A DNA stretch of 64,000 nucleotides from a virus. Made by a program: the position numbers and the translations under genes. Of the stretch, positions 58,791-64,000 are shown piece after piece. The number at the start of each line of letters is the position of its first letter. Position 1 is the stretch's first letter. The notes under the pieces were generated by a model. That model worked only from the letters and a program-made list of their open reading frames with translations, ran no database searches and was not told the DNA's origin. The DNA lies in IMG/VR virus record IMGVR_UViG_3300046471_000128, positions 43,510 through 107,509 of that record; one strand, written 5' to 3'.

Positions 58791-60752
58791 TCATGCGCTC
58801 AGCGCTCCCGTGACTGTGGACACCCCGCCCTCCTTCGTGACTGTGCAGATCTGGTCGACCCAATCTGCGAGACTTTCGTGGCTGATGATGAGCACCGTGC
58901 CCTTCTCACGCGCCTTCTGCTCCAGCACGGTCATGAGGCGCTCAAGGCCCGCACCGTCCAGCGCGTCGTCGATCTCGTCACCGACCCAGAGGGACATTGG
59001 CTTGGTCGCGCGGGACGCAACCAAGTCCTGCAGGGCGAGCATGGTCGCGAGCCGCACTTTGCGCTTCTCACCGCCCGACAGACCCCCGAAGGTTTTCGCC
59101 CCGGTGGCGTTCTCGACCTCGATGTTGAACTTCTCGCGGAGCTCTCCCTTCGTGGTGGTTGCAATGGTTGACCAGACGGCGCTGATGTTCCCGTCCGACA
59201 GGGCCGACAGATAGTCCGAGGTCCGGTCATTCAGGAACGGCGTCACGGTGTCGAGAATCTGCGCACGCACGCCACCGGGGCTGAACACCTTGACGACGCT
59301 CTCCGCGACCTCGACCGCCTTGATGAGCTCTTCGGCGCCCTTCTTGATCGAGGTGATCTGCTCCTCGATCTTGATGATCTGCTCGCGACCCATGTCGATC
59401 GCGGACTGGTGCGGGTTGAGCGCGGTGAGCGCCTTGTCCGCTTCAGCCTTCACGGCGTCGTGGTTCGCTTTCTGCGTCTGAATCAGCCCCTTGAGGCGCT
59501 GACACTCCTGCAATGAGCGCTGAACCTCGGCGAGCCGCGCGCTGGTGGCCGACACATCGGGAATCGTCGCGGTGAAGTCCTCGACAGCTTTGCCGGCGGC
59601 GGCCGCCTGGTTCTGCAGGTCGGTTACTTCAGCCTGAATCTGCCCCGCTTCAGCGGCCAGCTCCTTTGCGCGCTTGGTCTGGTGCGCTACGAAGTCGTTG
59701 AGCTCCTCCGGCGTGTGGGGCTTGCCGCACTCAGTGCAGGGCTTCGCCATCGCCTCGGGCGCGTTCTTGATCCCTTCGACTGCGGCGAGCATCTGCTTGC
59801 GCACCCGCTCGAAGTCATTCAGCCGGACCCGGTGTGCGGTGCCGGCCGCGCTCTCTGCCTTGATCAGCTCGTTGCGCTGCGCGTTGAACTTGCCGTGCTC
59901 CGCGAGGACGGCTACGAGCGAATCGCGCTCCTTCCCGAGCTCTGCCTCGTTGAGCGCCTTGTATGCTTCGAAGTTCGTCCGCAGCGCATCGGCGAAGCCG
60001 GTTGCCCGCGCCATCCATCCCGCCTGCTGGTTCGGGCGATCCGCCTCGAATGTGGCGTGGTTCGTCTCTGCCTGCGCCAGCGACACCTTCCAGTTGACGA
60101 TGTGCCCTTCCAGGTTCGCGATCTGCTTGGTGGACCCATCGACCGCTGCCACCGCGTCGTCGCGCTTGCGGCACGCGATGGTGTAGGCCGATTCGAGGCG
60201 CTCGATGCCTGATGCCTTCTCGATCAGCATCTTGAGCGGCTTGTCGGTCATCTTCGGCAGGTCGGGCATGTCCTCCTGACCCGCGTAGATGGCCGACTTG
60301 AACACGTCGTAGTTGCAGCCTACGATCTCGGTGATCTGGTTCTGGATCTCCTTCTCGGTGCCCTTCTCGATGCGATCGCCGACTGCTCCGTTGTGGAAAT
60401 TCTCGGCCGGGTTCCAGAGCGTGATCGTGGTCGCGTTCTTGAACTGCTTGTCCTTGCGGTGGCGGCGGATCTCATAGATCGACTCGCCGTCCTGCAGGAT
60501 CGCGGACACATAGGTGCCCTTCTTCGCCTTCTCGTTGACGATGGAGTCGCCCGACTCGCCCCGCGCGGTGGTGCCGAAGAGTGCCCAGCACAGCGCGTCG
60601 GCGATCGACGACTTGCCCGCGCCGTTCGACACGGTGGATGTGTCGTCCTTGTTGACCCCTTGAATCAGGATCAGCCCGCGGTCCTTGAGCGCCAGGTCGC
60701 CCGAGTCGCCGAGCGTCAGGAAGTTGACCGCCCTCAGTTTCAGAAAATCCAT
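58791..60752 (-). CDS. SbcC/Rad50-like recombination ATPase
   Basis: NGAGKS, zinc hook CTEC, LSGGE, GDE, ISH. Confidence 0.92.
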   Translation of the reverse strand: MDFLKLRAVNFLTLGDSGDLALKDRGLILIQGVNKDDTSTVSNGAGKSSIADALCWALFGTTARGESGDSIVNEKAKKGTYVSAILQDGESIYEIRRHRKDKQFKNATTITLWNPAENFHNGAVGDRIEKGTEKEIQNQITEIVGCNYDVFKSAIYAGQEDMPDLPKMTDKPLKMLIEKASGIERLESAYTIACRKRDDAVAAVDGSTKQIANLEGHIVNWKVSLAQAETNHATFEADRPNQQAGWMARATGFADALRTNFEAYKALNEAELGKERDSLVAVLAEHGKFNAQRNELIKAESAAGTAHRVRLNDFERVRKQMLAAVEGIKNAPEAMAKPCTECGKPHTPEELNDFVAHQTKRAKELAAEAGQIQAEVTDLQNQAAAAGKAVEDFTATIPDVSATSARLAEVQRSLQECQRLKGLIQTQKANHDAVKAEADKALTALNPHQSAIDMGREQIIKIEEQITSIKKGAEELIKAVEVAESVVKVFSPGGVRAQILDTVTPFLNDRTSDYLSALSDGNISAVWSTIATTTKGELREKFNIEVENATGAKTFGGLSGGEKRKVRLATMLALQDLVASRATKPMSLWVGDEIDDALDGAGLERLMTVLEQKAREKGTVLIISHESLADWVDQICTVTKEGGVSTVTGALSA

Positions 60753-60938
60753 TTATTCCTCGATCCAGTAAGCCGTCACGTCGGCCGGGTTGATGTGGGT
60801 GGCGCGATAGCCTTCCTGCTTGCCGATTTTGATGCGTCGAAGGTCGCCCTCGAAGTTGTGGATGACCTCGATCGTTTCCGCAACGACGCGGAGCGGCGTC
60901 GGGTCGTGTCGAATGTAGAACGTGCCCTTAACCATCAC
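60753..60938 (-). CDS. Small hypothetical protein
   Basis: Coupled between the SbcD-like and SbcC-like genes. Confidence 0.55.
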   Translation of the reverse strand: MMVKGTFYIRHDPTPLRVVAETIEVIHNFEGDLRRIKIGKQEGYRATHINPADVTAYWIEE

Positions 60939-62002
60939 GCCGCCTCCGCAAGCACCGCGATGGCGCCCTGCGCCACGAGCTCGGCATGCTCGAACCCGGC
61001 GCCCTTGATGTAGTCGGTCACTTGAACCTCAACCGATGCGCCCGCTTTTACTGTGCTCGTCGCTGCTCGGCCCGTCGATGCGGTTTTGACGACGTTCACG
61101 TTCACGCCGAGCGCGCCCTGCTTCATCAGGCCGTCGCGAATCGCGCTGACCTCAGACGGCTTGGCGTTGCTGACTTTGACGCGGACGTAATTGCCATCGC
61201 AGCGCAGCGTGACCTCGGTCGGGTCCATGCCGGCGTCGATGTCGACGAACTGCGGCGCGTGGGTGCTGTGCCACTTGACCTCGCTCTCGCTCACGACCAG
61301 GAAGCCCGCCTTGCTGCCGACGTCGCCCCATGTCTGGTGCGTCAAAGCGCCGATCGACCAGACCTTGCCGGGCGTGATTTCCTTATGGTTATGGTAGTGG
61401 CCGCTGAATACGCGCTTGAAGCCGAGCTCTGCGAGCCAGTCACCGGACAGCCCGTGGTCGGGCAAGCCCTCGATCACGCCGTCGATCGGCGCGTGGATGA
61501 TCAGATCGAACTCGCTCGGGTCGCCGTGCCCTGCGACCAGCAGGTTGTCGCGCTCCAGCGTGAGCGCCGCTTTCAAGTCCTCGACCCGCTCGATCCAGGG
61601 CACCTGCACCACCTTGTGCTCGTGGTGGATCTGCGTCTCGTGATCGACCTCAACCCACTCGCTCGCCATCGCCTCGACCGAATTGCCGACCTTGTGCGAG
61701 TGTTTGAATTCGAGATCGTGATTCCCCGGCAGCAGGCGGAACTTCACGCCGTGTGTCCGGTAGATGTGCTCGAACCGGGCGCGCGTCGGGTTCAGCACGC
61801 TCGGCTCGATCGAACCGCGAACGTGGAACAGGTCGCCCCCGTGATACACCGTGTCACCGCCCGCTTTCTTCGTCTCGACGGCGCACCGCTCGATCTCGTC
61901 GAGGATCATGGTGAGGCGCGTGTTGACCATATCCTCGCCCGTTGACGAGAAGGCTGACCACGAATGGCAATGTGTGTCTGACAAAAGCCCGTATGGCTTC
62001 AT
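60935..62002 (-). CDS. SbcD/Mre11-like metallophosphoesterase nuclease
   Basis: SDTH, GDLFH, GNHD, GHYH. Confidence 0.9.
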   Translation of the reverse strand: MKPYGLLSDTHCHSWSAFSSTGEDMVNTRLTMILDEIERCAVETKKAGGDTVYHGGDLFHVRGSIEPSVLNPTRARFEHIYRTHGVKFRLLPGNHDLEFKHSHKVGNSVEAMASEWVEVDHETQIHHEHKVVQVPWIERVEDLKAALTLERDNLLVAGHGDPSEFDLIIHAPIDGVIEGLPDHGLSGDWLAELGFKRVFSGHYHNHKEITPGKVWSIGALTHQTWGDVGSKAGFLVVSESEVKWHSTHAPQFVDIDAGMDPTEVTLRCDGNYVRVKVSNAKPSEVSAIRDGLMKQGALGVNVNVVKTASTGRAATSTVKAGASVEVQVTDYIKGAGFEHAELVAQGAIAVLAEAA

Positions 62003-62101
62003 GATTCCCCCGTTTGATTGCCCATATGAGCATTGTCACTGCTGATGTTTGGATACTGAACAGGGGCACTTGGCCCCTGTTTCTACTGCTGTGCGACGCG
62101 C

Positions 62102-62641
62102 TTATGCAGACGCGGCGATGTCCTTGCTCGTGAACGGGTAACCGAAGGCGGGGTCGCGCGCGGCGTTCGGGTTGACCTTCACTTCGAGCGTCGTGGCTTT
62201 GGGCGCCGGTTCGGCATGGCCGAGGTCTTCGTCGACCTGCTCCTGGTATTCGTCGAGCGACCGCGAAAGCGACCGCAGCATGGCCTCGATCTGACGCTCG
62301 GCCTGGCGAATCGAGGCGTAGGCCGAATAGACCATCGAGGCGGAGACAGCGAGCAGGAAGGCGGCAAAGAAGTGCGCATGCGAGGCGAGCGTCAAGACCA
62401 TCACCCAGCGCGAGACGTGAAATAGCAGGAACGCTGCGCGGCCCAGGCCCTTGCCGGGCACGTCGATCGACGACAACCCGCCATTGAGGAGGGTCGACAC
62501 GATGACGCTGAACGCCGAGAAGCCGATCACGAATACGAGCGCGTTCTCGATGCCGACCGCTTTCTGTTGGAAGGCGTAGAACAGCGCGAACCACAGCACA
62601 AAGTGCGTGAAGAACTTCGAGAGGAACGACAAGAATTTCAT
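62102..62641 (-). CDS. Multi-pass membrane protein
   Basis: About 4 hydrophobic segments. Confidence 0.65.
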   Translation of the reverse strand: MKFLSFLSKFFTHFVLWFALFYAFQQKAVGIENALVFVIGFSAFSVIVSTLLNGGLSSIDVPGKGLGRAAFLLFHVSRWVMVLTLASHAHFFAAFLLAVSASMVYSAYASIRQAERQIEAMLRSLSRSLDEYQEQVDEDLGHAEPAPKATTLEVKVNPNAARDPAFGYPFTSKDIAASA

Positions 62642-62715
62642 AGGGGTAACTCCGAGTGGGTTGAAGGGTGAAACGGGTTTTTATCGCTGCACGGTCAATT
62701 ATAGTAACGCGTCAC

Positions 62716-63123
62716 TTATATGTAGCGATAAAAAATGTGATTGCCGATGGAAATCGCTCGCTCGACGTGGTGCCGCCATGCGGGCTTGACGCGCGTCGCG
62801 TGGTAGAAGGTCGCGCCGTGCGTGAGGTCGATCTTCTTGCCCGTGAGGGTGTTGTAGGCGATCTTGCTCGCGACCATCCAGGCGAAGTCATCCTTCGGCA
62901 CGCCGGCCGCCTTGAGCCGCCAGCCCTGGCGGTCGCGGGCGAGCTTGCTGGTGGTCCAGCTGAACTGATGCGGCGCGGTGACCACTTCACAGACCTTGGC
63001 GGGGTCATCCCCTGCCCGGTTCATGGTGACGGCGGCGACCGCATATTGCCCGAGGATGGGCTCGCCGCGAGCCTCGTTATAGACGTTGAGGCTTAAGCAC
63101 AAGAGTGCGCTGGCTAGAATCAT
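62716..63123 (-). CDS. SleB/CwlJ-like cell wall hydrolase (Hydrolase_2)
   Basis: NVYNEARGE..GQ.AVA.V..NR...QFSW...GATFYH...P.W...IGNH.FY. Confidence 0.9.
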   Translation of the reverse strand: MILASALLCLSLNVYNEARGEPILGQYAVAAVTMNRAGDDPAKVCEVVTAPHQFSWTTSKLARDRQGWRLKAAGVPKDDFAWMVASKIAYNTLTGKKIDLTHGATFYHATRVKPAWRHHVERAISIGNHIFYRYI

Positions 63124-63177
63124 TGATTGGCCCCTTATTTCAGAACAGTCAATTGTAACCCATAGGTCACGGCTGAC

Positions 63178-63980
63178 TTATCGACGCCCTCGGATCTTCA
63201 TGAGCTCGATGGTCGTCTCAGGCGGCGCGAGTTGCTGCACGAACGCCGAGCGCGGGAGATACCACTGGCGCGCGCCGAGCTTGCCCCGGGCGCCGCGGTG
63301 CGCGCTGTAGTTGAGGACGACGGCGCCCTTGTCCTTGTCGGTCATCGTTTCGATGCGCGTCAGGTAGGTGTCGCCATTGGTCACGAGAATGCCGATGTGC
63401 GTGACGCGCCGACTCTTCATGACGGACACGGTTTCGGTATCGACCGCCCACGCGTCGAGCTCCACGAACACCTCGTCGGGCTTCCTGAAGGCCCAATAGA
63501 TCGTCGTGCCGTTCGGGTATTTGCGGATCTCGCCGTAAAGCGCGTGGCCCTTTTTGACCTTGGCGGCCTGGTATTTGCCGCAGGTCGAGGGCTTCCAGTC
63601 TTTGACCTTCAGTTCTGCCATTACTCGATCCTCTTCAGGTAAATGCAGGTTGTGAGTTTATTGTCTGTGATCAGGTGCGGCCCGTAGCGCTTTGTCATGT
63701 TGGCGATCAAACGATCCGCAGCGCCCGCCGTGTCAGGGTTCCCGGTCTGGTTGTGGTTGAACCGCGCGTGCGCTTCGGCGAGCTCCCTGAGCTTCCCCTT
63801 GTGCACGTCGCCGACCACCGCGCGCCCGAACACCTGCATCTTCTTCGACCACATGAGGAACACCTCGTCGCCCGTCTTGAGGCGCTCTGACCAGACGCGG
63901 CCCAGGCGGAAGGTGTTGAAAACAGAAACGCCGTCGAGCCCTTCGGCCGGCGGCGCAAATTCGATCACATGTTGTTCCAT
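63178..63980 (-). CDS. Two hypothetical genes (63621-63980, 63178-63621)
   Basis: TAATG-coupled ORFs. Confidence 0.65.
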
Positions 63981-64000
63981 CGTTGCCTCACTATTGGTTC

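Larger units (their letters stand above)
1592..63180. promoter_or_regulatory. Dispersed 18-bp operator-like motif, consensus TAAGTHA-CNNN-TNACTTA (about 18 copies)
   Basis: Copies start at 1592, 7840, 8424, 11650, 12608, 15220, 17284, 20565, 22744, 36023, 39677, 45765, 45830, 50997, 53950, 57554, 62701, 63163; nearly all at gene boundaries. Confidence 0.85.

Noticed and set aside
1-64000. tRNA or rRNA genes, integrase, transposase, reverse transcriptase, introns or inteins
   Set aside because: No recognisable motifs; TerL and NrdA have normal lengths without intein signatures

Overview
The window is a contiguous 64 kb piece of a large, GC-rich temperate siphovirus. Codon usage is Burkholderiales-like and the gene content resembles SSU5/pHCM2-type phage-plasmids (inference, no database search). 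Layout: 1-17.2 kb, tail, head and packaging genes (- strand); 17.5-22.7 kb, a terminase-adjacent cluster of wHTH, GNAT-like, thioredoxin, ABC-ATPase, HExxH, two ParB-like and Tad2-like genes; 22.8-26.9 kb, a divergent SF2 helicase, a TIR gene and small genes; 26.9-32.4 kb, a repeat-rich control or possible terminal region; 32.8-50 kb, many small early genes; 50-64 kb, nucleotide metabolism and recombination genes (Nmad5, kinase, MazG, ThyX, NrdAB, RuvC, SbcCD, cell-wall hydrolase). No integrase, Rep protein, tRNA or CRISPR array was seen. The most striking signal centres on one short word, KCCD (K=G/T, D=A/G/T). It is almost absent from both strands of about 1.3 kb around a sigma70-driven gene (27231-28535). 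Its GCCD subset is absent from the template strand of about 1.2 kb over a weakly similar gene (40078-41307). Yet it sits at a fixed position in more than 20 promoter-like elements (KCCR-N7-KCCD-N8-nnnn[-10 box]) upstream of early genes. With the packaging-linked GNAT/ABC/ParB cluster, this suggests, as a hypothesis, a sequence-specific modification of virion DNA that first-expressed genes must avoid and that a second promoter class reads. A separate 18-bp operator-like motif occurs about 18 times.
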